DNA from: Methanocorpusculum sp.
GTDB lineage: Archaea; Halobacteriota; Methanomicrobia; Methanomicrobiales; Methanocorpusculaceae
Direction: 5' to 3'
Assembly: GCA_029987245.1 (NCBI GenBank)
Contig: DALTWG010000001.1
Span: 873-64,872 of the forward strand
DNA: 64,000 nt
Positions 48,850 to 58,658 of this stretch are shown one piece after another. A program made the translations under genes and the position numbers. The first letter of the stretch is position 1, and each line of letters opens with the position of its first letter. Below the pieces are notes generated by a model, which was given only the letters and a program-made list of their open reading frames with translations, had not been told where the DNA came from and searched no databases.

Positions 48850-49788
48850 CTACACCACAATATTCGTCTCCGAAAGCGGCTTAATCCTGATAAGAATATA
48901 ATTTCTCATCCTGCTTGGCAGCACATCGGCCACCTGCCCTAAAGTCACCCCGTCCTCGACAACAGTCGCGCGGAATTTCTCCGCATACTCAGGATACGGC
49001 AGCTTGATTCTCAGCCCGTTGAGCTGCACCGCAACCGGCGCAGGCGACAAAACCTCCTCTATTTCCGGGAAGTTCTGCTTTATAACATCCTGCACACGTG
49101 CAGGAGATACGGAAAGCGGGTCGTTTGCAATCTCCTCGCGCCGCATTGAGATGACTTTTTCCACCTCCTCGATAACCGCATCAAGACGTGCGATATCCTC
49201 GCCCGTCTGCGTCCGGTGCATAAAGCGGCCCAACCCGCCGACATAACCCGCAACCGGCGGGTCGGTCATCTCCTCAAGAATTTCGCGCTTCGGGCCGCCC
49301 GTAAGAATTATCGGCACATTGATGCCTTTTCGCAGCTTTGGAAACTTCTGCGCAATGCACGAAGCAAAGTTGCCTAAAACAAAAATCGCCGCATCATGCT
49401 CATTGATTAAATCCCGCTCCTCATCATTTAACTGCGCAATACGGCGGCCAAAACCCCGCGCCATGCCTAAAATATTCGATTTCGACCCGTTACTCCTGAG
49501 ATACTCCGCAACATCGCAGGCCGAATGCGGCAGATGATGAATTTCAAGACTTGGAATAACCACCGCGATTTCCGTGCCGACCAAAGGCGACTCGGATACC
49601 TCCCCGGAAAGCGGACGGGAGAACTCGCGCAGCGGCTCAATGTCTTCTTTCGGCATCAAGACCTGCAGAATAACCTCGTTTGCAATATTATGCCGCTGCA
49701 CAATATAGCCGCCGAGGTCCTCGATATAGTCCACGACTTCATCAAGACGATAGACACCGCCCTTGTAGGTTACCGGAACTAAAATCAT
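48850..49788 (-). CDS. mmp7: Methanogenesis marker protein 7
   Basis: YKGGVYR...IEDLGG, SPLVGTEIAVV, HHLPHSACDVAEYLR. Cluster context. Confidence 0.9.
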   Translation of the reverse strand: MILVPVTYKGGVYRLDEVVDYIEDLGGYIVQRHNIANEVILQVLMPKEDIEPLREFSRPLSGEVSESPLVGTEIAVVIPSLEIHHLPHSACDVAEYLRSNGSKSNILGMARGFGRRIAQLNDEERDLINEHDAAIFVLGNFASCIAQKFPKLRKGINVPIILTGGPKREILEEMTDPPVAGYVGGLGRFMHRTQTGEDIARLDAVIEEVEKVISMRREEIANDPLSVSPARVQDVIKQNFPEIEEVLSPAPVAVQLNGLRIKLPYPEYAEKFRATVVEDGVTLGQVADVLPSRMRNYILIRIKPLSETNIVV

Positions 49789-50366
49789 ACGAGCGCCTCC
49801 TCCATTTTCCTGAAGCAGTCCGCAACCAGCTTTTCTGCAATGTCTTCCGGAAGCGTGTTTTCCGACGCCGCATACCAGAACCGGTTCGTGCCGTAATTTT
49901 CACGGCGGACCTTGAACCCCTCCGGCGCAATGACCTGGACCGCATAAATGAGGTCCTTGAAAAGCGACTCCGACGGGTCGATAACAACCCAGTCGGCAAG
50001 GTCATTGGGAATCTCGACACCCTCGATAATAACCGTAAACCGGTCCGGCTGGTCGACCGCGTCGTGACCAAGCCGGTTCCACAGCATTTTGAGCATCGCC
50101 GCAAGATAGGTCTCATCACCGACGGCGATGGTGCATTTGCCGTCCTGCACCATGACATTGCCCACCTCGGATACCCGGATGGCAGACCGCGGCGGCCGGA
50201 TAATGCCCGCCGCGACAAAGACCGGATAGCCCGGGTCGATATAGAGATGCAGCCCCTCGACGATGGATAAGAGGTTGTGGTCCTGCAGGACCGTGCGGGC
50301 GATTTTCTGATAGTTGTCAGAACCGTCTTCGGTGCTTTCAACCTCGAAATACTCTAAACCCGGCAT
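49785..50366 (-). CDS. mmp17: Methanogenesis marker protein 17
   Basis: Start at MPGLEYFEVES, DETYLAAMLKMLW, VDQPDRF, IAPEGFKVR. Cluster context. Confidence 0.88.
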   Translation of the reverse strand: MPGLEYFEVESTEDGSDNYQKIARTVLQDHNLLSIVEGLHLYIDPGYPVFVAAGIIRPPRSAIRVSEVGNVMVQDGKCTIAVGDETYLAAMLKMLWNRLGHDAVDQPDRFTVIIEGVEIPNDLADWVVIDPSESLFKDLIYAVQVIAPEGFKVRRENYGTNRFWYAASENTLPEDIAEKLVADCFRKMEEALV

Positions 50367-50367
50367 T

Positions 50368-51618
50368 TCACTTCCTCTTTGCCTCGACAAAGCCCGATGA
50401 GATAAGAGCCGCGCCGACCGCGCCGATAAACTGCGAGTGGTGCGGCACAACAACCTCGGTGTTGAGCATGCGGCCCATGGCGCGGACCAGTCCCTGAATA
50501 AGCGAAGAGCCGCCGACCATGATAACCGGCTCCTTGATATCGACTTCCTGGAGCTGCTGCTCATAGACCTGCTGCGCAACCGAATGACATGCCGCGGCGG
50601 CAACATCTTCGCGCTTGTAGCCGGCTGCAAGGGCGTTGACTAAAGACTGGGTACCGAACACAATACAGTAACTGTTCATAGGGACGTCCTCGCCGCCGGC
50701 GCTTTGCATCGAAAGCGCGCCAAGCTCGGTGATGTCGCAGCCAAGGCGTTTCGAGGTCATCTCAAGGAACCGGCCCGACGCACCGGCACAGATGCCTCCC
50801 ATCGTAAAGGAGCCCGGAATACCGTCGTTGACCGAGATTGCCTTGTTGTCCATGCCGCCGATATCAATGACCGTGGCAAAGCCCTTCTGCGCACCGGCGA
50901 GATAGACCGCGCCTTTTGAGTTCACCGTAAGCTCTTCCTGGACCAGGTCGGCATTCAGGTGTTTGCCGATTAAGAACCGCCCGTAGCCGGTGGTACCGAT
51001 TGCTTCAATATCCGACATCTTCAGACCGGACTCGGCAAGGGCGAGGCTGATTACCTCGTCCGCCGACTTCAGGACCTCGGTGGTCGGGCGCCAGCCGGTA
51101 CCGACGATTTCATTGTCCTGCATAATGACGCATTTTGTGGTCGACGAGCCTGAGTCAACACCCATGGTGGTGCCGACCTGCACTTCGCGCGCCATAAGCG
51201 CCCGGCGCTTGGCGATGGTGGAGAGGGCTTCAAGTCTTGTCAGAAGCGTGGATGCGCCAGTGCGTTCGTTAAACGAGTAGGAAACCACCGGAATCTTTGA
51301 GTTTTCCACAATATAGCGGCGCAGTTCGTTTCGCACAATCGCTGCTTCCGCGCAGCGGAAGCACGATGCAACAAAGATGCCGTCCGCCTCGACTTTGCCC
51401 TCGACTACGGCTTTGGCGCGCGCAATGGCGAGTTTTAAGTCCGGGCTTTTCACCGGCAGACCGAATTCCTTGTATGCGGTCCGCACGTCAGAGAGGGCGA
51501 CGTCAGGATAAAACATCTGCGCCCCGACCTGCTCTGCGGCGCTCGTAATTTCGTTCTGGATACCGGAATACTCCGCGCCGCAGGTAATCTGGGCTATGCG
51601 CACAGGTGCGTCGCTCAT
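50368..51618 (-). CDS. mmp15: Methanogenesis marker protein 15 (CoA-substrate activase-like ASKHA ATPase)
   Basis: [49 protein letters not shown]. Confidence 0.92.
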   Translation of the reverse strand: MSDAPVRIAQITCGAEYSGIQNEITSAAEQVGAQMFYPDVALSDVRTAYKEFGLPVKSPDLKLAIARAKAVVEGKVEADGIFVASCFRCAEAAIVRNELRRYIVENSKIPVVSYSFNERTGASTLLTRLEALSTIAKRRALMAREVQVGTTMGVDSGSSTTKCVIMQDNEIVGTGWRPTTEVLKSADEVISLALAESGLKMSDIEAIGTTGYGRFLIGKHLNADLVQEELTVNSKGAVYLAGAQKGFATVIDIGGMDNKAISVNDGIPGSFTMGGICAGASGRFLEMTSKRLGCDITELGALSMQSAGGEDVPMNSYCIVFGTQSLVNALAAGYKREDVAAAACHSVAQQVYEQQLQEVDIKEPVIMVGGSSLIQGLVRAMGRMLNTEVVVPHHSQFIGAVGAALISSGFVEAKRK

Positions 51619-52061
51619 GCTTTTACCTCCAGATTCTGCAGGAATTCCTTTATCTTGGCGACAAACGTGACGCCTTCCTCGCGCGACTGCGGATAGCGCA
51701 GTTCAAGCCGCGGCATCTTTTTCTCCCGCAGCATGAATTCAAGCAGCTCGTTCGTCCGCGCGCAGCCCATGCAGCCGAAGGAAAGTTCCGGCTCGGTGAT
51801 GATGATGCAGGCTTCGGCCTGCTCCACCAAGGGCCCGTACAAAGACATGCGCCCGCGAATGCCTGAAGGCACCTCGACCGCGGCCCATTTGAGACCTTTC
51901 TGCGGGTCTTCGGAGGTCATCTGAATAGGCGGTGAGTCAAAGCCGGGCGTCTGGATATGTTCACGTATCGATACCGCAGAGCCTAAGGGCTCATGACCGA
52001 ACCTTGCCACAAGGTCGGATAAAATCAGGCTTGTAGCCGGATAAACGAAAACTTTTACCAT
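51615..52061 (-). CDS. mmp5: Methanogenesis marker protein 5
   Basis: [44 protein letters not shown]. Confidence 0.92.
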   Translation of the reverse strand: MVKVFVYPATSLILSDLVARFGHEPLGSAVSIREHIQTPGFDSPPIQMTSEDPQKGLKWAAVEVPSGIRGRMSLYGPLVEQAEACIIITEPELSFGCMGCARTNELLEFMLREKKMPRLELRYPQSREEGVTFVAKIKEFLQNLEVKA

Positions 52062-52531
52062 TATAAATCCTCCAAATCCTCACGGATAATTTCTTCAATC
52101 ACACCTGCATCCACCGGGCCGCTTACCGGAAGCTCGACGCCCGCTGCGCTGCGCAGCTCTTCAGGCGTCATTTTGTCAACCGCGTCAAGGCCGAACGAGA
52201 TGTAGCGAACCTTCTGCATCTCGAATTCGTGACCCAAATAGCCCGGGCGGGCGCCGCCCAGGTTTGCGCGGCAGCGCCTGGCGTCTCCCGGGGGAAAACC
52301 GCGGTCTTTGATAAATATGCGGTTTTTGTCAAGGCTTCTCAGATGCTCGACAATCCGGGCGACGTCTTCGGGCGTTCCGGTAATCTGGCAGCCGAAACAG
52401 GTTTCTTTGACCATCACTCCTTTCGCAATTTCATAGGCGGCGGTTGCTACATCCTGTGGAGTGGTGTCGGGCGAGTCGACAAAGACGTATTTGGTTACAG
52501 ATCCGACATACTGCGGAACGTACTCTTTCAT
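52061..52531 (-). CDS. mmp6: Methanogenesis marker protein 6
   Basis: VKETCFG, IFIKDRGFPPGDARRCRA, GARPG. Confidence 0.9.
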   Translation of the reverse strand: MKEYVPQYVGSVTKYVFVDSPDTTPQDVATAAYEIAKGVMVKETCFGCQITGTPEDVARIVEHLRSLDKNRIFIKDRGFPPGDARRCRANLGGARPGYLGHEFEMQKVRYISFGLDAVDKMTPEELRSAAGVELPVSGPVDAGVIEEIIREDLEDL

Positions 52532-54072
52532 GCGAAAACCTCCCGGATATAGACGATTTTACCTTCTTTTAAGTGCGGGAGTTTGTCCAGGTCGAGAACG
52601 CGGCCTATTATATTAGTGCCGGAGTATGGCTCTCCGGTCGGGCCGAATTCGTCGCTTCCGCCTGCAACGCGCACGCCTGTCATTCCTGCCGCGGGACGGG
52701 AGGAATTGGAAAGCGCGAGGGCGTCTGGCGCCGGCCGCGCTTTGGGCACATTTTCAGGGATGATGTTGATATTGGAGGCGAATTCCGGTTTAAAGAGGTA
52801 CATTTCGTCATCTACGTTGTAGATGAAAGGCATGGTGCCGATAGTATAGCGTTTAAGGCCGGTGACGCGGCGGAACTGGTCCACGGATTTGGGCGCGTTT
52901 GCGTAATCGAGCGTGATGTCGACGACGTTTTCCAGGTCAATGGTGTAAAGCGAGACTTTGCCTTCCTTGAGAACTTCAAGGGTGGTGCCCGGTTTCTGGT
53001 CTATTACAACTCTGTTTTCCACATCGCGGTTGTCTGCCATGACTTTTAAGCCCCGCGCCTTTGCCGCCGCTACCGCGTCGGCAAGCTTCATGCCCCGGAG
53101 GTCCAGAAGGGGCGGGGTGACTTCTACAGCCAGCGCGGCGCCCTTTCCTGCAAAGCGCGCAAGTTCAATGCCTTTTGTCACCGCGCCGACACGGGTGTGG
53201 TGAGCATTGGCGGGCACGTCTTTGGTATAAATATAGATGGCGCCGCTGGATTTTCCGGCGGTCCTTAGCGTAACGGACCCCTCGCGGCGGGGCTTCTGGC
53301 GTTCCTGCGGCACGTCAAGGCGGCCCTGAAGGTGGTCGCGGATGTAGGTGGACGCGGTCCGCTGAATCTGCATGGAGTTCAGCTGAAGGCAGAATAACAG
53401 GTGTTCGACCGAATCGGCACAGGCGGTGTCGATAGCGGCGTGTTCCGCGGCGTAGCCCTCGGCGGTGATGCAGATTTTGGAAAAAATCTGCATGCCGTCT
53501 TCGACGGGCGCGCCAAGGTCGGCGGTAAGCGTGGCGCTGCTTGCGTCAACGCTGGAAAACACCTGTTCGATTTTGGTTATCCGGTCGCCGTGCGCCCATT
53601 TGTCCATAAGGCCCAGACCGTAGATAACGCGGCCGATTACGGCGCCGCCCTCGGCTGCGCCGTAGTCGTCGGTGTGCTCGCGGCGGGCGAAGATAAGGTA
53701 CGCATGCTTTGCATCATAACCGCCGCAGCCTAAAATGACATCGCCGCGCCGGTAGCGCACCGTCCCTTGAGCGGGCGCAAATGCGCTTGCAAACGGCCCG
53801 AACGAAGCGGCATTGCGGTCTTCAAAATGCACCCGCAGGGAGTCTGTATCGCTGAATGCAAGCGGGAAAGCGCATCCGGCTTTCATCTCGACAACAATGT
53901 CGCCCGCGGATGTTGCAAGGCGCAGGTGCGAGGTTGCCGTTTTGGAAATCTCGGACGGCTGCAGCAAAGCAACCGATGTCCCGGCCGGCTGGTCCGGCAG
54001 GATATCGGATAAAACGGCGCCCTGCGGTGCCGTTTTTGCCTCGCCGTTGAGATAGAAACTGATATCAGGCAT
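52528..54072 (-). CDS. mmp3: Methanogenesis marker protein 3
   Basis: ASFGPF, PENVP, SNSSRPAAGMTGVR, EFGPTGEPYSGTNIIG. Cluster context. Confidence 0.9.
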   Translation of the reverse strand: MPDISFYLNGEAKTAPQGAVLSDILPDQPAGTSVALLQPSEISKTATSHLRLATSAGDIVVEMKAGCAFPLAFSDTDSLRVHFEDRNAASFGPFASAFAPAQGTVRYRRGDVILGCGGYDAKHAYLIFARREHTDDYGAAEGGAVIGRVIYGLGLMDKWAHGDRITKIEQVFSSVDASSATLTADLGAPVEDGMQIFSKICITAEGYAAEHAAIDTACADSVEHLLFCLQLNSMQIQRTASTYIRDHLQGRLDVPQERQKPRREGSVTLRTAGKSSGAIYIYTKDVPANAHHTRVGAVTKGIELARFAGKGAALAVEVTPPLLDLRGMKLADAVAAAKARGLKVMADNRDVENRVVIDQKPGTTLEVLKEGKVSLYTIDLENVVDITLDYANAPKSVDQFRRVTGLKRYTIGTMPFIYNVDDEMYLFKPEFASNINIIPENVPKARPAPDALALSNSSRPAAGMTGVRVAGGSDEFGPTGEPYSGTNIIGRVLDLDKLPHLKEGKIVYIREVFA

Positions 54073-54077
54073 ATGTG

Positions 54078-55844
54078 TTACATCTCAAACATTTCGTCGG
54101 TCGTGGTGTGGAGCGCGTCGTCGTCTTTTTCGCCTTCGGGCGCGCCGCCGGCCAGGGTTGCCTTCTTTGCAACGCCGGATTCGGCACGTTCGTGCTCTAA
54201 TGCCACGGACTCTTTCATGATGATGATTTCTTTTTCGGTGAGGTTCTTTAAGACCTCGTCGGTCTTGCCGATGGCGACAATTTTTCCGCCGCGCATAAAC
54301 ATGCAGCGGTCGCAGACGTCGCGGACGAATTCCATGTCATGGGACACGATAACAAAGGTCTCGTCCATCTCCTCACGGGCGTTGAGAATCGAGTGTTTGA
54401 CGTCGATTTTGGTAATCGGGTCCATCGTGCCGGTAGGTTCATCGAGGAGGATGATTCTCGGCTCCTTGATTAAGACCTGGGCAAGGGCGACGCGGTGCTT
54501 TTCGCCTTCGGATAAGGACGAGGGCAGGCGGTGGAGCACGTCGTTTGCTTTTTTGTCGGTAAAGCCTGCCATTTTCAGGGTAATCATGGCTTTGCGGGTT
54601 GCAAGCTCTTTGGGGAATTCAAGGCCGATTGCGTCGGTTAAGTTGTCGATGATGGAGCAGTGCGGGTACAGGTCGTATTCCTGGTGCAGGAGTCCGATGT
54701 ACTGTTTTGCGCGGCCTCTGAACATGTAGCCGGGTTTTCGCATGTCTACCCATTCGTCGCCGATGCGCACGTCGAGTTTTCCTGCAGTGGGCTCGTAGAG
54801 TCCTGCAATCATGCGGGAAAGTGTCGTTTTGCCGCCGCCGGAGACGCCGATGATGCCGAAGATTTCTTTTTCCTTGATGGTGAAGCTGATGTTGTTTACG
54901 GCGTTAATGACGCCGCGGTCAACGGCGATGAATTTTTTGAGCAGGTTTTCGGCTCTGACGATTTCTTCGCCGCCTTCATGGAGGGTGTAGGTGATGTCGT
55001 CGTGGTAGCCTTTCATGAATTCGGCGACGATTTCTTCAGGGGTGCCTACCTGGGTGATTCTGCCGTCGTCAAGGAGGACCGCGCGGTCGCAGGCTTCTTC
55101 GAGTGTCTGCGGGAAGTGGGAGGTGATTATCATTCCCATGTTCTTTTCGTGGGCGGCCTGTTTTAAGAGGTCGTGTACGATGTTTGCGGTCTTGGTGTCA
55201 AGGGTTCCGGTCGGTTCGTCTGCGCAGAGGAAGAGGGGTTCGCGTGCGAGCTGGCGCGCTAAGACGACGCGTTGTTTTTCTCCGCCGGATAAGTCGCGTG
55301 CGATGTGCATCATGCGGTGGGTGAGGCGGACTTCGTCGATTAGGTCTGCTGCGCGGTTGATGGCGTTTTCTGCGGGGTAGTGGATGTCGTCGAGTGCTTT
55401 GAGGACGTTTTCTATCACGCGGTCGTCGCCGTAGAGGGCGAAGGTTCTTTGAAACATCAGAGAGGTGCGGTGCATGATTTCGGTCTTCAGTTTCTCGTTT
55501 TCGGGGGCCCAGAAGTCTATGTCCATGGCTTCGAGGGTTCCGTCGCAGTCGGGGCATTTTTGGCCGGCCCAGCTCTGGAATTCTATCTTGCCGCATTGGG
55601 GGCAGCGGGAGATGTGGTAGATTATCTGGCCGGAGGTGGGGGGCTGGTCGATGCCGCGGATGAGGTGGATTAATACGGTTTTGCCGCATCCGCTTCTGCC
55701 GATTACGCCGACGATTTCTCCTTCGGATATCTCGAGGTTGATGTTGTCGAGTACCCGTGCGGTTTTTGGTTCGGTATCACTGGTTTCCTGTCCCGCAGGA
55801 AAATCCATGATGAGGTTTTTTATAGTAATGAATGGGGTGGCCAT
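54078..55844 (-). CDS. atwA: Methyl-coenzyme M reductase system component A2
   Basis: Two ABC ATPase domains (GRSGCGKT, LSGGEKQR; GVSGGGKT, LSEGEKHR), CPQC..CPDC Zn insert, HRMMHIARDL. Confidence 0.95.
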   Translation of the reverse strand: MATPFITIKNLIMDFPAGQETSDTEPKTARVLDNINLEISEGEIVGVIGRSGCGKTVLIHLIRGIDQPPTSGQIIYHISRCPQCGKIEFQSWAGQKCPDCDGTLEAMDIDFWAPENEKLKTEIMHRTSLMFQRTFALYGDDRVIENVLKALDDIHYPAENAINRAADLIDEVRLTHRMMHIARDLSGGEKQRVVLARQLAREPLFLCADEPTGTLDTKTANIVHDLLKQAAHEKNMGMIITSHFPQTLEEACDRAVLLDDGRITQVGTPEEIVAEFMKGYHDDITYTLHEGGEEIVRAENLLKKFIAVDRGVINAVNNISFTIKEKEIFGIIGVSGGGKTTLSRMIAGLYEPTAGKLDVRIGDEWVDMRKPGYMFRGRAKQYIGLLHQEYDLYPHCSIIDNLTDAIGLEFPKELATRKAMITLKMAGFTDKKANDVLHRLPSSLSEGEKHRVALAQVLIKEPRIILLDEPTGTMDPITKIDVKHSILNAREEMDETFVIVSHDMEFVRDVCDRCMFMRGGKIVAIGKTDEVLKNLTEKEIIIMKESVALEHERAESGVAKKATLAGGAPEGEKDDDALHTTTDEMFEM

Positions 55845-55993
55845 ATAACTCAATCCATTAATAGGGAGTATATTGGTTGTGAGGTGATATTAGGGTTTGG
55901 AATGGGGAGGTGCGGGGGAGGATTTTTTATATGTTCACTCAACGAATTCACAATACCCACCCTTTATATCCCTATAGACACAATATATTCCCC

Positions 55994-56998
55994 ATGGAAA
56001 TACGCAAAATCCAAGTCACCGGCGGCTCCTCCTACGTCCTCTCCCTCCCCAAAACCTGGGTCCGCGAACGCAAAATCCAGAAAAACGACCCCATCGGCGT
56101 CGTCAGCCAGGCAGACGGCACCCTCTTGCTAACCCCCAACATCCACTACGACAGCACCGTCCGCATAAAAGAATTCGCCCTCAAAGACTACCCCGACCCC
56201 GGCATGCTCCTTCGCTCCCTAATCGGCGCCTACATCTCCGGCTTCACCAGCATAAAAATCACCTCCGCCGGACGCATCCCCCCCAAAGTCCGCCAGGCCG
56301 TACGCAAATTCACCCAGATGACCATAGGCCAGGAAGTCGCCGACGAAACCGAAAACAGCATCCTCCTAAAAGACATCCTCAACCCCACCGAAATGCCCTT
56401 TGAAAACACCCTCCGCCGCATGTACATCATCGTAAAAGCCATGCACAACGACGCCCTCTACTCCCTCGTCCAGGGCAAACGCGACCTCGCCGAAGACGTC
56501 GTCGCCCGCGACACCGACGTCGACCGCCTCCACTGGCTCATCCACCGCCAGTTCTCCCTCATCGTCGAAAACCCCGCCCTCTCGCTTAAAATGGACGTCA
56601 CCCCCATGCTTGCTGCTACCTACCACCAGATCTCAAGAATTATCGAACGCGTCGGCGACCACGCCGTCCTTATTGCCGAATCCTCCCTCATCTTAATGGA
56701 AAAAGGACTCGACCGCCAGACAACAGCAAAAATAGGCGAATTCGGCGAAGAATCCCACACCATGTTCAACCGCGCAATCCAGACCGTATTTTCCGGCAGC
56801 ATCGCCGGCGCAAACAAAATCATAGCCGACAACGAAGAACTGGAACAAAAATACCACATCCTCGCCGACTCCACCCGCAAAATGAAAGCCCAGGACGCCG
56901 TCGCATTAAACCAGATTGTAAACTCCCTGCACAGAATCACCGAATACAGCTCAGACATCGCCGAAATCCTGATTAACCGCATGGTAGCAGAATTCTGA
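55994..56998 (+). CDS. AbrB-PhoU phosphate uptake regulator
   Basis: RKIQVTGGSSYVLSLPKTW (AbrB), DTDVDRLHW, IERVGDHA PhoU repeats. Confidence 0.9.
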   Translation: MEIRKIQVTGGSSYVLSLPKTWVRERKIQKNDPIGVVSQADGTLLLTPNIHYDSTVRIKEFALKDYPDPGMLLRSLIGAYISGFTSIKITSAGRIPPKVRQAVRKFTQMTIGQEVADETENSILLKDILNPTEMPFENTLRRMYIIVKAMHNDALYSLVQGKRDLAEDVVARDTDVDRLHWLIHRQFSLIVENPALSLKMDVTPMLAATYHQISRIIERVGDHAVLIAESSLILMEKGLDRQTTAKIGEFGEESHTMFNRAIQTVFSGSIAGANKIIADNEELEQKYHILADSTRKMKAQDAVALNQIVNSLHRITEYSSDIAEILINRMVAEF

Positions 56999-57894
56999 TG
57001 CAGACAAAACTCTTTGATGACCTGCCCGCCGGAGAAAATTTCCGCAGCCGCTTTGCAAAAACCGGCATCACCGAACCCCTCATGCAGGATTTCCGGGACT
57101 TTGTCTTCTCCTTCTATGAAAAAAACGGCCGCCATGACATGGAATGGCGCCACACCACCGACCCGTACAAAATCATCGTCTCCGAGGTAATGCTCCAGCA
57201 GACACAGGTGCCGCGGGTGGCGCTGGTGTACCCCGCATTCATCAAACGATTCCCGACCGCCGCCGCCCTCGCCGGAGCACAGGCAGAAGAAGTCCTCGCC
57301 GCCTGGCAGGGTATGGGCTACAACCGCAGAGTCCTCAACCTCCAGAAACTCTGTCAGGCCGTGCTCAAAGAGCACGGCGGCGAGTTTCCAAAAGACCCCG
57401 CCCAACTCGTAAAACTCCCCGGCATCGGCCCTGCAACCTCTTGCTCCATAGCCGCGTTTGCCTGGAATGCGGACGTGGTCTTCATCGAAACCAACGTACG
57501 CCGCGTGTTCATTCACTATTTCTTCCCGGAGGATGCGCAGGTAGACGATACTGAACTTCTGCCCCTCGTCACCGCAGCGCTTCCCAAAGGCAGAGCCCGC
57601 GAATGGTACTGGGCACTCATGGACCTCGGCACAGAAATGAAAACCAAAGTGCCCAACCCGAACAGAAGAAGCCGCCAGTATGTAAAGCAGAGCAAATTCG
57701 AAGGCTCAAACCGGCAGCTGCGCGGCGCGGTGCTCAAAAAAATGCTCCAGCTTCACGCCGCCGATGCGAAAACAGCGGCCGCTGCCGTAGGCGCGGACGC
57801 GGACGCGGACAAGGTCGCAGACGTGCTGGAAAAAATGGCGGACGAAGGATTTTTTGTACGCGAGGCGGGCGGGGTGTACCGCGTAGGGAAATAA
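56998..57894 (+). CDS. mutY: A/G-specific adenine glycosylase-like HhH-GPD protein lacking the Fe-S motif
   Basis: WR..DPYKIIVSEVMLQQTQV, WQGMGYNRR, LPGIGPAT, ALMDLG. No CxxxxxxCxxCxxxxxC. Confidence 0.85.
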   Translation: MQTKLFDDLPAGENFRSRFAKTGITEPLMQDFRDFVFSFYEKNGRHDMEWRHTTDPYKIIVSEVMLQQTQVPRVALVYPAFIKRFPTAAALAGAQAEEVLAAWQGMGYNRRVLNLQKLCQAVLKEHGGEFPKDPAQLVKLPGIGPATSCSIAAFAWNADVVFIETNVRRVFIHYFFPEDAQVDDTELLPLVTAALPKGRAREWYWALMDLGTEMKTKVPNPNRRSRQYVKQSKFEGSNRQLRGAVLKKMLQLHAADAKTAAAAVGADADADKVADVLEKMADEGFFVREAGGVYRVGK

Positions 57895-58046
57895 CATGTC
57901 TGCTTTGCACTCACGTTATCTCATACAATGAAGGTGACCAACCCGACCAAACTGGAATTGCATTCCAGAATAGTCGGGGTACAGACACCAGCCACTCAAA
58001 ACCGAAAGGAAGTACTATTTACTCAGAGAGCAAATATTACTTTACT

Positions 58047-58649
58047 ATGGACAACGGAGCCTATGTTCAGAACATGATGAGTCTTATGAACGCCCGCGTT
58101 GACGCGATAGCGCGTTCATTAGACTATCAGCAGATTAACCAGTTTATCAACGGACTGCTTGAAGCAAAACGCATCTTCATAATGGGTGCGGGGCGCTCGG
58201 GCCTTGTTGCAAAATCCTTTGCCATGCGCCTGATGCACACCGGATTTACCTCCTACGTAGTAGGAGAAACCATCACCCCCGCCATTGACAAGGGCGACCT
58301 GTTCATCGCGGTTTCCGGCTCCGGCGGCACAAAAACTATCGCAGACCTGGCAGAAACCGCAAAATCCCTTGAGGCGAAAGTGGGCCTGATTACCTCCAAT
58401 CCGGACTCAAGAATCGGACGTATTGCCGACTACATAGTGAAAATCGATGCCCGCCGGGAAACCGACGAGCCCGACAGCCATGAATATGAAATCCGCCAGA
58501 TTCTCGGACAGTACCGCTCCTTTGCACCCTTGGGGACGCTGTTTGAGACGTCTGCCCTGATCTTTGGCGACGCGCTGATTTCCACTATCATGCAGCTGAA
58601 AGACATCGAAGAACGCGACTTAAAGCGCAGACACACCAATATCGAGTAA
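58047..58649 (+). CDS. hxlB: 6-phospho-3-hexuloisomerase
   Basis: IFIMGAGRSGL, FAMRLMH, VVGETITP, SGSGGT, APLGTLFE, RHTNIE. The upstream ORF extension is spurious. Confidence 0.95.
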   Translation: MDNGAYVQNMMSLMNARVDAIARSLDYQQINQFINGLLEAKRIFIMGAGRSGLVAKSFAMRLMHTGFTSYVVGETITPAIDKGDLFIAVSGSGGTKTIADLAETAKSLEAKVGLITSNPDSRIGRIADYIVKIDARRETDEPDSHEYEIRQILGQYRSFAPLGTLFETSALIFGDALISTIMQLKDIEERDLKRRHTNIE

Positions 58650-58658
58650 TCAGTCAAA

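Noticed and set aside
50367..50630. N-terminal extension of the mmp17 ORF
   Set aside because: Off-frame overlap with mmp15.
57603..58046. N-terminal extension of the hxlB ORF
   Set aside because: Alternative frame of mutY plus intergenic DNA. Homology starts near MDNGAY.
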